Positions 38,456-49,767 are shown, counted from the first letter of the stretch. The stretch: 64,000 nucleotides of DNA from an uncultured Christensenella sp. (GCA_905195085.1 CAJJUK010000001.1:41719-105718); one strand, 5' to 3'. The notes: generated by a model not told the origin, from the letters alone. Numbers and translations: made by a program.

Positions 38456-39136
38456 TTAATTTAAAATTTTGTTTATAACATAAGCACTGAGAACACATCC
38501 ACACATTGCAGGATAATATGATATGCTTCCAATGATGTTTTTATTTTCATCATTTTTAATTGCTGGACTTTCGCTTGTTACAACATCAAGTTTTTCAATC
38601 CCTTGCTCTCTCAGTTTTTTTCTCATCACTCTCGCCAAACCATCGTTGGACGTTTTGTAAATATCCATAACCTTAAAATGTGGTATATCAATTCGATTTC
38701 CAGCCCCCATTGCTGAAATTATATTGATGCCATGTTGTTTGCAACAAACAATCAATTCAATTTTGTCTGAAACACTGTCAATTGCGTCAACGACATAATC
38801 GAACTTATTTGAAAACAATCTATCAGCAAACAGTGCGCAAAATCTTTCTGAAAATATGTCAACTTTGCAGTCTTTGTTTATGCTTAAGATCATGTTTTTC
38901 ATAACTTCCGTTTTCAGCATACCTATTGTATTTACATTTGCGACAACTTGCCTATTTATGTTTGTTTCATCAACTCTGTCAAAATCAACCAAAGTTATTC
39001 TTCCAACACCTGCTCTTGCAAGCATCAAACAAACATATCCGCCAACGCCACCAACACCAATCACTGCAACGTGGCTGTTTTCAAGTTTTTTGACACCATC
39101 ATCTCCAATAAGAGCTTTTGTTCTATCTTTCCACAT
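38456..39136 (-). CDS. tcdA: tRNA threonylcarbamoyladenosine dehydratase (ThiF/MoeB family)
   Basis: VAVIGVGGVGGY Rossmann motif and LVDFDRVDETNINRQ. ~226 aa, which is TcdA/CsdL size. Confidence 0.8.
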   Translation of the reverse strand: MWKDRTKALIGDDGVKKLENSHVAVIGVGGVGGYVCLMLARAGVGRITLVDFDRVDETNINRQVVANVNTIGMLKTEVMKNMILSINKDCKVDIFSERFCALFADRLFSNKFDYVVDAIDSVSDKIELIVCCKQHGINIISAMGAGNRIDIPHFKVMDIYKTSNDGLARVMRKKLREQGIEKLDVVTSESPAIKNDENKNIIGSISYYPAMCGCVLSAYVINKILN

Positions 39137-39166
39137 AGATTTTCCTTTTTAATTTAAGCACAACAT

Positions 39167-39205
39167 ATTGTGGTATTATTCAATATTTTATTGCATAACA
39201 CAACA
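39167..39205. repeat. Repeat-family unit between hslU and tcdA
   Basis: ATTGTGGTATTATTCAA-tatttta-TTGCATAACACAACA, i.e. inverted half-sites. Confidence 0.7.
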
Positions 39206-39215
39206 ATTTCTAGTG

Positions 39216-40511
39216 TTACAACACATATTTCTTAAGGTCGAATTTTTTCTGTCTATCCTTGAAAACATTATTAACATAGTTCTTGTCAATGATTATGTCA
39301 AGCATAGGATGTTCTCCTGTTGCATTGAAGGAAACATCTTCCAAAAGTGCTTCCATGATCGTATGAAGTCTTCTTGCTCCCAAATCTTCGCTGGTTTCGT
39401 TTTCTTTTTCTGCCATTTCAGCAATTTCGTCAAGAGCATCATCTTTGAATACCAAATTTATGTTGTCAACTTTCAAAAGATTTGAATATTGAACAGTCAC
39501 CGCATTCTTTGGAGTGCTTAAAATCTTCTTAAAATCATCTTTTGTCAAACTTTCAAGTTCCACTCTGATTGGGAATCTTCCTTGAAGTTCTGGAATCATA
39601 TCTTCCATTTTTGCAACATGGAATGCCCCTGCCGCAATAAACAAAATGAAGTCCGTTTTTACATTTCCATATTTTGTTGGAACTGTGCTCCCTTCAACAA
39701 TTGGCAAAATGTCTCTTTGAACACCCTCTCTTGAAACATCAGCACTGTTTGTTGCCTGACTTTTGCCAATGATCTTGTCGATTTCGTCAATGAAGATGAT
39801 CCCCTGTTCTTCTGCCAAACTGATGGCCTCTTCATTCACGTTGTCCATATCAATGATTTTGTCTGCTTCTTCTTGCAATAGAGTTTCTCTTGCATGTTTA
39901 ATAGTCATTTTTTTCTTCTTATGTCTTTGTGGCGTCAAACCGTCAAACATCGAGCCAAGATTGATTTCGTTTCCACCTATTGCCATCATTGGTTTTGGAG
40001 TTTCCAAAACAACAACTTCAATCACCTCATCTTCACATTTTCCACTGTGCAATTCTTCAAACAAGTTGTCTCTGTTGACATCAACCATCGTAACTCTTCT
40101 GTTTTGGAAAAGAGCATCAACAATCTTGTTTTCAACGATTGGCATAACTTTATCTTCAACTTCTTTTTTCTTTTTGTCTTTAACCATTCTGACAGCAACT
40201 TCAACAAGGTCACGAACCATACTTTCAACATCTCTGCCGACATAACCAACTTCGGTATATTTTGTTGCTTCAACCTTAACAAATGGTGCTCCAACAAGTT
40301 TTGCAAGACGTCTTGCGATTTCAGTCTTACCAACACCAGTAGGTCCACTCATAACAATGTTTTTTGGTGTGATTTCGTCACGAACTTCTGCTGGAAGTTT
40401 GCTTCTTCTGTATCTGTTTCTAAGAGCAACAGCCACCGCCTTTTTTGCCTTGGTTTGTCCAACGATATATTTATCTAATTCTGTTACAATTTGTTTAGGT
40501 GTGTAATTCAT
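39216..40511 (-). CDS. hslU: ATP-dependent protease ATPase subunit HslU
   Basis: TPKQIV.ELDKYIVGQ and Walker A GPTGVGKTEIARRLA. Confidence 0.95.
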   Translation of the reverse strand: MNYTPKQIVTELDKYIVGQTKAKKAVAVALRNRYRRSKLPAEVRDEITPKNIVMSGPTGVGKTEIARRLAKLVGAPFVKVEATKYTEVGYVGRDVESMVRDLVEVAVRMVKDKKKKEVEDKVMPIVENKIVDALFQNRRVTMVDVNRDNLFEELHSGKCEDEVIEVVVLETPKPMMAIGGNEINLGSMFDGLTPQRHKKKKMTIKHARETLLQEEADKIIDMDNVNEEAISLAEEQGIIFIDEIDKIIGKSQATNSADVSREGVQRDILPIVEGSTVPTKYGNVKTDFILFIAAGAFHVAKMEDMIPELQGRFPIRVELESLTKDDFKKILSTPKNAVTVQYSNLLKVDNINLVFKDDALDEIAEMAEKENETSEDLGARRLHTIMEALLEDVSFNATGEHPMLDIIIDKNYVNNVFKDRQKKFDLKKYVL

Positions 40512-40538
40512 ACATTATTCTCCCTTTATCTTGAAAAA

Positions 40539-41078
40539 TTATAATTCTTCAACAATGATGTTATCATTTGTGAAAACACAAATTTCGCTGGCAATTTTAA
40601 GTGCCTTATAAGCAATTTCTTTTGCAGAAAAATTGGTGTTTTGAGCAAGTGCCTTTGCTGCTGCAAGAGCATAGTTTCCACCAGAACCAATTGCACAAAC
40701 ATCATCTTGGGGTTCGATGACATCACCAGTTCCGTCAACGATCAAGATTTGTTTTTTGTCTGCAACAATCATCATTGCTTCAAGTTGACGACCTGCTTTT
40801 CCTTCTCTCCAAGTTTGAGCAAGTTCAACAGCACTTCTGAGCAAGTTCCCAGCAAATTTGTTGAGCATTTCTTCAAATTTTTCACTCAATGAGAAAGCAT
40901 CAGGAACAGACCCTGCAAACCCAATGACAACGCTGTTGTTATAGATTCTTCTAACTTTTCTTGCGTTGCTTTTGAAAATGATGCTGTTTTGCATAGTGAC
41001 TTGTCCATCACCTGCAACACAGATTTTTCCATCTTTTTTAACAGCACAAATAGTTGTACCTCTAAAAATACTTTCCAT
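40539..41078 (-). CDS. hslV: ATP-dependent protease subunit HslV
   Basis: ...[11 protein letters not shown]...GDGQVT. ATG 41078 follows AAGGAG. Confidence 0.93.
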   Translation of the reverse strand: MESIFRGTTICAVKKDGKICVAGDGQVTMQNSIIFKSNARKVRRIYNNSVVIGFAGSVPDAFSLSEKFEEMLNKFAGNLLRSAVELAQTWREGKAGRQLEAMMIVADKKQILIVDGTGDVIEPQDDVCAIGSGGNYALAAAKALAQNTNFSAKEIAYKALKIASEICVFTNDNIIVEEL

Positions 41079-42417
41079 AAAATTTCTCCTTAAATTTCTC
41101 AATTTGCGATTTAGATAAGAATTTTTGAACTTCAACTTGCTTACTGAAAAGTTGCAAGTCCTTGTCTTCTTTATTGATTATATCATATTTCAGATTGAAT
41201 AACCTAAAATTTATAACACTTTTTTTAAGTAAATTGTCAAGTATAACACTGATGCAAGTTTTGTCTCTCAAAAGCTCCACACCCAGTTTGTTTTTTCTTT
41301 CTGCGATAATTGTGTATGCACAATAGTTTGCCATTAGCAAAACTTCAAAAGCGTCAGCAAGTCCAGCAAGTCCTCCGCAAACATAGACATTTTCATGTCC
41401 CAAAATTTGTAAATTTTGATTTAAACAAGTTGGAGTCAACAAGAAGGTTTTTCTTTTAATCTTGCTAAATCTTACAACCTGGCAATTTTTTAAAACATCA
41501 ATATTTTTAATAATTTTCTCTTGGTCTTCATCATCAAAAGCAGAAAAGAATTCCTCAAAAATTAAAACATTCTCCTTGTCATTATAACTGCATTTTAAAC
41601 TTGCGTAAGGTCTTTTTTGCTGGCTGATTTCTCCGTTGAAATATGGCCTAAAAATCGCATTTCTAAGTCCACCCTGCCCTCTTCTTGCAGTGTTTTCTAT
41701 GGAAATTTGTTTTTCGTCTGCAATCTCAGATGGCATGACATATTCCTTATCCAACTCAATTATTGTCTTATAGACATTGTTATATTCCTCTTCAGTAAGA
41801 TTGATGTAACAAACATCGTCAGAGACAAAGTTGAGTCTGTTTAAATCAACCGTAGTGGCATCAACAACCATTTTCTCTGGCTGAAAATAACAGATATGAA
41901 ATTTTCCAACATATTTCTCCAATTCATCAAGCAACACTTTCTCTGTGTTGTGCCCCGTTGCAATGACCGTTGTTTCTGTTTCGTTTATTGTATCAATCTT
42001 CATGTTGAAAATTTTAATTTTTTGGTTTGACAACAACAATTCTTTGACTTTACTCATGAAATTATCATCATAAACAAATCCAAAATCATTGAAATCATAT
42101 CTTTTAGCAACAGAAATAAGAGGACTGTTCAAACACTCCAGTTCATATTTCATGTTGTCCGTCAAATATGTGTCATAAATGTCATTGTAATGTCTTTCTT
42201 GTCCATCACCCTGCTGATTCGGACTTTTGTCAGCACCAAGTGCAATTTCCTCATCAGAAATGACATTTCTTTCTTTTTTATCTTCAAAATTGCAATCAAA
42301 AATATGCACATCAAAACCATTGTTGGCAAGAATAAAAGCAATTTCTGCACCTGCCAACCCACAACCAACAATTTTTATTGGCTTCTTTGAAAATTTTGGT
42401 GTGATGTTTTCAATCAT
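41062..42417 (-). CDS. Divergent TrmFO/Gid-like FAD-binding protein
   Basis: [14 protein letters not shown] dinucleotide motif. It is collinear with TrmFO ([36 protein letters not shown]) and sits at the topA-trmFO-hslVU syntenic slot. I cannot find the CSNS or second catalytic Cys motif. Confidence 0.55.
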   Translation of the reverse strand: MIENITPKFSKKPIKIVGCGLAGAEIAFILANNGFDVHIFDCNFEDKKERNVISDEEIALGADKSPNQQGDGQERHYNDIYDTYLTDNMKYELECLNSPLISVAKRYDFNDFGFVYDDNFMSKVKELLLSNQKIKIFNMKIDTINETETTVIATGHNTEKVLLDELEKYVGKFHICYFQPEKMVVDATTVDLNRLNFVSDDVCYINLTEEEYNNVYKTIIELDKEYVMPSEIADEKQISIENTARRGQGGLRNAIFRPYFNGEISQQKRPYASLKCSYNDKENVLIFEEFFSAFDDEDQEKIIKNIDVLKNCQVVRFSKIKRKTFLLTPTCLNQNLQILGHENVYVCGGLAGLADAFEVLLMANYCAYTIIAERKNKLGVELLRDKTCISVILDNLLKKSVINFRLFNLKYDIINKEDKDLQLFSKQVEVQKFLSKSQIEKFKEKFYGKYF

Positions 42418-44474
42418 TCTTCTGCTGGAACCTCATATTTGCAAGATGAACACTTGATTTTCTTTCCTTTTTTGATGAGATATTTCCCACATTCAGGACA
42501 CTTGTCACCTGTAGGAATATCCCAACTCATGAAATGACAACCTTCTTTGTCTTCACAAGCATAGAAAATTTTCCCTCTTTTGGTCTTAAATGCAAACACA
42601 TTCTTTCCACAGTCTGGGCATTTTCCAACTGGTTTTTTGGAGTCATCTTCAAGAGGCTTGACATTCTTACATTTAGGGAAATTTGAGCAACCCAAAAACT
42701 TGCCATATCTCCCTTCTCTGATAACCATCTTATGTCCACACTTGTCGCAAACGATGTCAGTTTCAATTGGTTGAGATTTCATAGTCACACTGCTTGCATC
42801 AGCATTTGCAAGCAAATCTTTGAAACCATTCCAAAAACTGTCGACAACACTGTGCCAATCATCTTTGTTTTCAGCAATATCATCCAAACGGTTTTCCATA
42901 TGAGCCGTAAATTTCACATTAATTACGCCACGGAAGAACTTTTCAAGATATTCAGTGATTTTTGTTCCAAGCTCGGTTGGAACAAGATATCTGCCTTCTT
43001 TTGTGCAATAATTTCTTGCCGTCAAAATTGTAATGGTTGCAGCATAAGTTGCAGGACGACCAATTCCTTTTTCTTCCATTGCCTTCACAAGACTTGCTTC
43101 AGTGTATCTTGCTGGTGGTTTTGTGAATTTTTGTTCTTCAGTAATTTTCAGAACTTTGACACTTTCCCCTTCATTAAGGACTGGAAGTTTGCTTATTTCT
43201 TGTTTTTCATCATCGGTATATTCTTTATAAACTGCAGTATAACCCGCAAATTCAAGAGTCTTTCCAACAGCCTTAAAATTGTAGTCATTCACATTGAATG
43301 TGACATTGACGTTTGAATATTCCGCCTCACTCATTTGGCTTGCAATGAAGCGTTCATAAATAAGTTTATAAAGTCTGTAATTATCTTTTGAAAGAGAATC
43401 TTTAACTTTCTCTGGTGTGATTTGCATTGAAATAGGTCTGATAGCTTCGTGTGCATCTTGTGCATTTTTCTTTGATGCATAGATGTTTGGTTTTTCTGGA
43501 ATGTAATTTTTTCCGTATTTCTCAACGATAAAATCACGGCAAGCATTTTGTGCCTCAATGGAAACTCTTGTAGAGTCAGTTCTGATGTATGTGATAAGAG
43601 CAATCTTGCCTTCGCCCTTGACTTCAACGCCTTCATACAACTCTTGTGCAGATGCAGTGGTTCTTTTCAAACTCATTCCAAGTTTGTTCAAAGCATCTTG
43701 TTGCATTGTGCTTGTGGTGAAAGGTGCAAGTGCATGAGACTTTGTTCTTCTCTTTGTTATGCTTTCAACGACAAAATTCTGACCTTTGATTGCGGACAAA
43801 ATCTTTTCAACTTCTTCTTTGTTTGTTGGTTTGATTTTCTTGTTCTTATAAGATGTCAAAGAAGATTTGAATTTAATATCGTCTTTTTCATGCTCAGCAG
43901 TAACTGTCCAATATTCTTCCGGTTTAAAGTTTTGAATTTCTTTTTCTCTGTCAACAACAAGTTTCAAAGCAACAGATTGAACTCTTCCTGCTGAAAGTTT
44001 TGGGGCGATTTTTTTGGAAAGAATTGGAGAAAGTTTATAGCCCACAATTCTGTCCATAACACGCCTTGCCTGTTGAGCATTGACAAGATTCAAATCTATC
44101 GCTCTTGGTTCTGTCAATGCTTTCAAAACTGCTTTCTTTGAAATTTCATTGAATTGAATACGACACTTTGTGTTTGGGTCCAATCCCAAAACATGAGCAA
44201 CGTGCCATGAAATTGCCTCCCCTTCTCTATCAGGGTCGGTTGCAATCAAAACTTCATCAGCTTTTTTCGCTTTGCTCTTGAGTTCCTCAATAAGTTGTTT
44301 CTTATCAGGATTGTTTTCATAGTGTGGTTCATAATTATTGTTTAAATCAATAGCAAATGATTTTGCTGGCAAATCTCTGATATGTCCTTTTGTGGCAAAC
44401 ACTTCGTAACCATCTCCGAGATATTTTTTCAATGTGTCCCTTTTTGCTGGGGCTTCTATAACAACAAGTTTCAA
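42414..44474 (-). CDS. topA: DNA topoisomerase I
   Basis: Toprim N-terminus (KLVVIEAPAK), active-site region YIRTDS and C-terminal CxxC zinc ribbons. Confidence 0.96.
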   Translation of the reverse strand: MKLVVIEAPAKRDTLKKYLGDGYEVFATKGHIRDLPAKSFAIDLNNNYEPHYENNPDKKQLIEELKSKAKKADEVLIATDPDREGEAISWHVAHVLGLDPNTKCRIQFNEISKKAVLKALTEPRAIDLNLVNAQQARRVMDRIVGYKLSPILSKKIAPKLSAGRVQSVALKLVVDREKEIQNFKPEEYWTVTAEHEKDDIKFKSSLTSYKNKKIKPTNKEEVEKILSAIKGQNFVVESITKRRTKSHALAPFTTSTMQQDALNKLGMSLKRTTASAQELYEGVEVKGEGKIALITYIRTDSTRVSIEAQNACRDFIVEKYGKNYIPEKPNIYASKKNAQDAHEAIRPISMQITPEKVKDSLSKDNYRLYKLIYERFIASQMSEAEYSNVNVTFNVNDYNFKAVGKTLEFAGYTAVYKEYTDDEKQEISKLPVLNEGESVKVLKITEEQKFTKPPARYTEASLVKAMEEKGIGRPATYAATITILTARNYCTKEGRYLVPTELGTKITEYLEKFFRGVINVKFTAHMENRLDDIAENKDDWHSVVDSFWNGFKDLLANADASSVTMKSQPIETDIVCDKCGHKMVIREGRYGKFLGCSNFPKCKNVKPLEDDSKKPVGKCPDCGKNVFAFKTKRGKIFYACEDKEGCHFMSWDIPTGDKCPECGKYLIKKGKKIKCSSCKYEVPAEE

Positions 44475-44582
44475 AATTTAAACTCCTTTTCGCTTTTTAT
44501 GTAATCAAAAGTCGCCTTTCTAAGAATATACAAAACCAATTTGTAAATTCCTTTCCGCTCACTGCTATGATTGATTGCCCAA

Positions 44583-45653
44583 TCAAATCAAAGCGTAACA
44601 TTGCGCTGGCAACTTTCTTATTAAACCACGAATTTCCAATGTTGTCAAACAACTGTTTAAAATATTAACAGGAATTTTGGTTTTTCTTGACAAGTAATCA
44701 AAATCTTTTTCTCCGTCAGACAGCGCGTCAACAACTGCTTTTTCATCAAAACTCAGTGTCAACACCTTTTGCTTCTCTGCTTTCTTCATTCCGTAGAAAT
44801 CAACAATCTCATCAGCAGACAACACACATTCTGCCTGACCAGATTTGATAAGTTGATTTGTCAATTCGCTTTTGTTGCTGGTTATGTTGCCAGGAACGGC
44901 AAAGATATCCCTGCCGTATTCCAAGGCATATTCTTTTGTGTGAATTGTTCCACTCTTAATCCCCGCTTCAACAATCAAAACTCCGTCGCTAAGTCCGGCA
45001 ACGATTCTGTTTCTTCGCGGAAAAGTGTATCTCTTTGGTTTGAAAGATGGTGGATATTCAGAAAGCAACAATCCTTTTTCTGCGATTTCCAAAGAAAGTG
45101 TTGTATTTGTGGCTGGATATATGTTGTTAAATCCACTGCCTACAACAGCAATTGTTTTTCCACCAACCGCAAGAGTCCTTTTGTGTGCGATTTCATCAAC
45201 TCCATAGCAAAGACCACTAACCACAACCAATCCACTTTGTGCAAGTTTTTCTGAAAATTTCTCTGTCACAATTCTGCCATAATTCGATGGCATACGTGTG
45301 CCGACAACTGCAACAGATTTTTGATTTGCAAGACTTAAGTCTCCCCTAGCATACAAAATCAATGGTCTGTCTGGCAAATCTCTTAATTTTTCAGGATATT
45401 CATCAGAAAAAATTGTCACAATTTCAATGCCATTTCTTTGCATATTATCAATTGAAGAGTCAAGAACTCTTTTGTCATAGCTTGACACAAGTTTATGATA
45501 TTCTTCTGTTGTCAAGATGCTCAAAACCTTAGAGTTTCTCAGCATACTATCAACAGAAAAATCTTCAAGAGAGTCCAAAATGCTCTCCTGCTTTTTTATT
45601 GATAATTCAAAAGCTGATAAAAACACCAACAATCTATCTTTATCTGATAACAA
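44583..45653 (-). CDS. dprA: DNA processing protein DprA
   Basis: VAVVGTRMPS.YG and GLCYGVD, the Rossmann-like DprA core. Confidence 0.92.
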   Translation of the reverse strand: MLSDKDRLLVFLSAFELSIKKQESILDSLEDFSVDSMLRNSKVLSILTTEEYHKLVSSYDKRVLDSSIDNMQRNGIEIVTIFSDEYPEKLRDLPDRPLILYARGDLSLANQKSVAVVGTRMPSNYGRIVTEKFSEKLAQSGLVVVSGLCYGVDEIAHKRTLAVGGKTIAVVGSGFNNIYPATNTTLSLEIAEKGLLLSEYPPSFKPKRYTFPRRNRIVAGLSDGVLIVEAGIKSGTIHTKEYALEYGRDIFAVPGNITSNKSELTNQLIKSGQAECVLSADEIVDFYGMKKAEKQKVLTLSFDEKAVVDALSDGEKDFDYLSRKTKIPVNILNSCLTTLEIRGLIRKLPAQCYALI

Positions 45654-45684
45654 CCTTTTCTCCTTTCTATTAATGCTGTTTTAT

Positions 45685-47226
45685 TTATATATTCCAATAT
45701 TTTCTGTCAAGTCCACGATATGAAATTGCTTCTGCAATGTGCTGTGGTTGAATGTTTTCTTCTCCAGCAAGGTCAGCAATTGTTCTTGCAACCTTCAAAA
45801 TTCTATCATGTGCTCTTGCACTCAACTTCAAACTTGTAAATGCCTGTTCCATCAAACTTTGACATTCTTTTGAAAGTGAACAGAATTTCTTAGTCTGGGG
45901 AACACTCATTTTGGAATTTGAAAATGTCTTAGAATTTTTAAATCTTTCAAGTTGAATTTTTCTAGCCTTATCCACTCTTTGTTTGATGCTTGCAGAACTC
46001 TCTTCTTTCTGCTCTTTGTTTAAGTCAGAATAAGAGATATTGTCAACTTCAACATGAATGTCAATTCTGTCCATAATTGGCCCAGAAATTTTGGACAAAT
46101 ATTTATGTATCTGTGCCGGCGAACATTTGCACTCTCTGTCCTTTGAACCATAGTTTCCACATGGGCAAGGATTCATGCTGGCAATCAGAGTGAAACTTGC
46201 AGGATATGTCACCGTTTGATTTGCTCTTGCCACAGTAATGCTCCCATCTTCAAGCGGTTGTCTTAATGTTTCAATCAAATGCCTTGAATATTCTGGAAAT
46301 TCATCCAAATAAAGCACTCCATTGTGTGCAAGACTGATTTCTCCTGGTTTGCTGTGATTGCCACCACCAGTCATACTGACAGTTGATGCAGTGTGATGTG
46401 GTGTTCTGAAAGGTCTTTCTGTGATTATTCCCTTCTTCAAATCAAGTTCACCCGCAATGGAATGAATTTTTGTCACTTCAAGTGCTTCTTCAAATGTCAG
46501 GTCTGGCAAGATTCCAGAGAAACACTTTGCAAGCATACTCTTTCCACTTCCTGGCGGACCAATCATCAAAACATTATGACCACCAGCCGCAGCAATCTCC
46601 AATGCTCTCTTTGCTGATGCCTGTCCCTTGACATTTTCAAAGTCCAATTTGTTGTTGTTTGTTTTTGCAACTTCTTCAAAAGATTTTGTTTCCAATCTTT
46701 CAAATGTAACTTGATTCTCGCCATTCAAAAACTCAACAACTTCTCTCAAATTAGAAAAGGCATAAATTTCCATTCCTGAAATAAATTTCGCCTCTTCACT
46801 GTTCTCCTTTGGCAAAATAAACTTCGTGTATCCCATGTTCCTTGCACTGATAAGAATTGGCAAAACTCCACGAACTTTCTTGATCGTTCCGTCCAAAGAT
46901 AACTCGCCTATGAAAATGAAATCTTTATATTTTTTCGTTTTTATTTGTTCTGATGCAGACAAAATTCCAACTGCAATTCCGAGATCATAAAATGGTCCCT
47001 CTTTCTTGACATCAGCAGGTGCAAGATTAATTGTATAATGTTTGACAGGATATTCAAAACCAGAGTTTCTTATTGCGGATTTAACTCTATCTTTCGCTTC
47101 TTTAACAGCAGTATCACCAAGTCCAACAATTTCAAAATGAGGGACACCACCAATTATATCTGTTTCTATTTGAGTTAAAAATCCATCAATGCCAGTCAAA
47201 CCAAAACTTTGAACTTTAGATAACAT
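45685..47226 (-). CDS. comM: YifB/ComM family Mg-chelatase-like ATPase
   Basis: N-terminal Lon-like domain, Walker A GPPGSGKSMLAK and a C-terminal ChlI region. ATG 47226 follows AGGGG. Confidence 0.92.
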   Translation of the reverse strand: MLSKVQSFGLTGIDGFLTQIETDIIGGVPHFEIVGLGDTAVKEAKDRVKSAIRNSGFEYPVKHYTINLAPADVKKEGPFYDLGIAVGILSASEQIKTKKYKDFIFIGELSLDGTIKKVRGVLPILISARNMGYTKFILPKENSEEAKFISGMEIYAFSNLREVVEFLNGENQVTFERLETKSFEEVAKTNNNKLDFENVKGQASAKRALEIAAAGGHNVLMIGPPGSGKSMLAKCFSGILPDLTFEEALEVTKIHSIAGELDLKKGIITERPFRTPHHTASTVSMTGGGNHSKPGEISLAHNGVLYLDEFPEYSRHLIETLRQPLEDGSITVARANQTVTYPASFTLIASMNPCPCGNYGSKDRECKCSPAQIHKYLSKISGPIMDRIDIHVEVDNISYSDLNKEQKEESSASIKQRVDKARKIQLERFKNSKTFSNSKMSVPQTKKFCSLSKECQSLMEQAFTSLKLSARAHDRILKVARTIADLAGEENIQPQHIAEAISYRGLDRKYWNI

Positions 47227-47348
47227 ACAAACCCCTAAAACCAATATCATAAAGTATACCAAAAAATTCAAACTTATCAAAATGATTTGTTCAAATAATC
47301 ACAAAATGCAATAAAAAAACAAACCATAAAAGATTTGTTTTCTTAATT

Positions 47349-47717
47349 TTAGTAGAAAATCATTCCAAGCAAAAATGCAACAGCACAAGCAAAACAAAAC
47401 ACAATCACAAACCATTTGATGATTTTGTCTTTCAGTGTTTTCTTGGAGAACTCTTTTTTAAATTGAGCAACATTACTGTCAAAATATTCTGCTGTTGTTT
47501 GTTTATTGTTGACTGTTTCAGCCCTAAAAATCTTAAATCTTTCTTCCAATTCCTTTTGAAAATCCGTGAAATATTTATAGATCTGCCAACAGCCCCAAAA
47601 CAAAGACAACAAAAGAAGAATGGCAAGCACAAAATAAGCAAAACCTGCCCAAACATTAACCAAGATAGCAAAAATGCCTGCCAACACAATGGCAACGATT
47701 GTGATTATATAAGCCAT
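47349..47717 (-). CDS. Membrane protein, unknown function
   Basis: 122 aa with 2 N-terminal and 1 C-terminal TM helices. A terminator-like hairpin lies downstream. Confidence 0.55.
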   Translation of the reverse strand: MAYIITIVAIVLAGIFAILVNVWAGFAYFVLAILLLLSLFWGCWQIYKYFTDFQKELEERFKIFRAETVNNKQTTAEYFDSNVAQFKKEFSKKTLKDKIIKWFVIVFCFACAVAFLLGMIFY

Positions 47718-47753
47718 TCTTCCCTCGTAAAATATTGACTTGATGTCAACCTA

Positions 47754-48095
47754 TTAGATAAGAGCAAAAATATAGATAACGACAATAACAACTGTTGCAA
47801 CAATCCAGCAAATTAACCACCAGATATTTCTCTTTCTTCTAGTCCAATAGAAACCAAGCCAAATTGCAATGATGTAAGCAAGACACTCACCAATTGATTG
47901 GAAAGCGCTGGCAACTTGTGGGCTGTTTTCCTTGAAAATCAATCTCAAAATCAAAGCAATTGCAATGAACATAATTGCAAAGTAAGCAACACAGTCCAAA
48001 ATTTTTGTTGATGACCAAGTGCGTGTTGATTTAGTCACAGTTTTTGAATTTGAGCTTGAACTTGAAGATGACGATTTTTTCTTTTTTTCTGCCAT
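47754..48095 (-). CDS. Membrane protein with Ser-rich N-terminus, unknown function
   Basis: 113 aa. MAEKKKKSSSSSSSSNSK is followed by 3 TM helices. Confidence 0.55.
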   Translation of the reverse strand: MAEKKKKSSSSSSSSNSKTVTKSTRTWSSTKILDCVAYFAIMFIAIALILRLIFKENSPQVASAFQSIGECLAYIIAIWLGFYWTRRKRNIWWLICWIVATVVIVVIYIFALI

Positions 48096-48183
48096 TTTTT
48101 TACTCCTTTTATATTTTATATGTCAAAACGGTTTCGAATTTCAATAACAAATTATTCAAAATCAAACCGTTTGCATACCAACA

Positions 48184-49767
48184 TTATTTCGCAGTTTCTG
48201 TGAATCTGCTTTCTCTGATGACATTGACTTTGATTTGTCCAGGATATTGCATTTCATTTTCAATCTTTGTTGCAATATCTTTTGCCAAGAACATCGCCTG
48301 ACTGTCGGAGATTTGGTCAGGTTTAACAATAATTCTCACCTCTCTTCCCGCTTGAACGGCATATGACTTATCAACGCCCTCAAAGCCATTTGCAATTTCT
48401 TCAAGTTGTTGCAAACGTTTGATATAGTTCTCAAAACTATCTCTTCTTGCACCAGGTCTTGAACTTGAAATTGCATCTGCCACCTGAACAATAACTGCCT
48501 CAATTGATTTGAATTCAACATCAAAGTGATGTGCTTCAATGCAGTGAACAACTGCTTCGCTTTCTCCATATTTTCTTGCATATTCCACACCGAGTTGAAC
48601 ATGAGTTCCTTCCATTTCATGATCAAGAGCTTTCCCAAGATCATGCAAAAGTCCACCACGTTTTGCAACTTTGATGTTTGCTCCCATTTCGCTTGCAAGA
48701 AGCCCTGCAATGATGGAAGTTTCAATGGAATGTTTCAAAACATTTTGTCCATAACTTGTTCTATATTTCAAACGCCCAAGAATTTTCACAAGTTCAGGAT
48801 TCAAGTTGAAAATGCCAGTTTCATTGCAAGCTTCGTCACCAGCTTGTTTGATGATTCTGTCAACTTCTTTTTGCATCTTTTCAACAATTTCTTCAATTCT
48901 TGTTGGATGAATTCTTCCATCGGCAATCAATTTCTCAAGAGAAAGTCTAGCAACCTCTCTTCTTATTGGATCAAATCCTGAAATTGTGATTGTCTCAGGA
49001 GTGTCATCAACGATAAGTTCAACACCTGTTGCGGCTTCAATTGCTCTGATATTTCTCCCTTCACGACCAATAATTCTTCCTTTCATTTCGTCATTTGGAA
49101 GAGAGACAACAGAAACTGTCATTTCACTAGCCGTTTCAGTTGCACATCTTTGAAGTGCTTGGCCGATGATCCAACGAGCCTTGTTTTCCCCTTCTTCTTT
49201 GGCATCATCTTCAATTTTCTTAACGATGACAGCAGCTTCTTTTTGTGCATCATTTTTCATGTTTGCAATAAGCATATCTTTTGCTTCTTGCTTGGAAAGT
49301 TTGGCAGTTTTTTCAAGTTCTTCCAAAATCTGCTCCTTCAAACTTTCTTGTTCTTGCTTCAATTTTTCCAAATTTTCTTTCATTGAAACAATTTCTTTCT
49401 TTTCTTCGTCAAGTTGTTCATTTTTCTTGTCTGCAGCAAGTTCTTTTTTCTCTATATATTCTTCTCTTTGGTTGAGACGCTCTTCAAGTTTAACAACCTC
49501 GGCACGTCTTTCTTTCACTTCTAGCTCAACTTCATCTTTGTATTTTTGAGCCTGTTCTTTGCTTTCAATGATAGCCTCTTTCTTTATTGTCTTAGCTTCT
49601 GCATACGCATCTTCAATAATCTTAATAGCATTAGATTTGTTTTTTTCAATTTTTTTACTGCTATAAATTTTATATACTACCAGCCCAATGGCAAGTCCAA
49701 CAAGGAATAATACAACCGATATAACCGACACGATAGCAGGAGAGACATTTAACAAAATACCACTCAT
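48184..49767 (-). CDS. rny: Ribonuclease Y
   Basis: N-terminal TM helix, long coiled coil, KH domain (GRIIGREGRNIR) and HD domain (LLHDLGK). Confidence 0.96.
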   Translation of the reverse strand: MSGILLNVSPAIVSVISVVLFLVGLAIGLVVYKIYSSKKIEKNKSNAIKIIEDAYAEAKTIKKEAIIESKEQAQKYKDEVELEVKERRAEVVKLEERLNQREEYIEKKELAADKKNEQLDEEKKEIVSMKENLEKLKQEQESLKEQILEELEKTAKLSKQEAKDMLIANMKNDAQKEAAVIVKKIEDDAKEEGENKARWIIGQALQRCATETASEMTVSVVSLPNDEMKGRIIGREGRNIRAIEAATGVELIVDDTPETITISGFDPIRREVARLSLEKLIADGRIHPTRIEEIVEKMQKEVDRIIKQAGDEACNETGIFNLNPELVKILGRLKYRTSYGQNVLKHSIETSIIAGLLASEMGANIKVAKRGGLLHDLGKALDHEMEGTHVQLGVEYARKYGESEAVVHCIEAHHFDVEFKSIEAVIVQVADAISSSRPGARRDSFENYIKRLQQLEEIANGFEGVDKSYAVQAGREVRIIVKPDQISDSQAMFLAKDIATKIENEMQYPGQIKVNVIRESRFTETAK

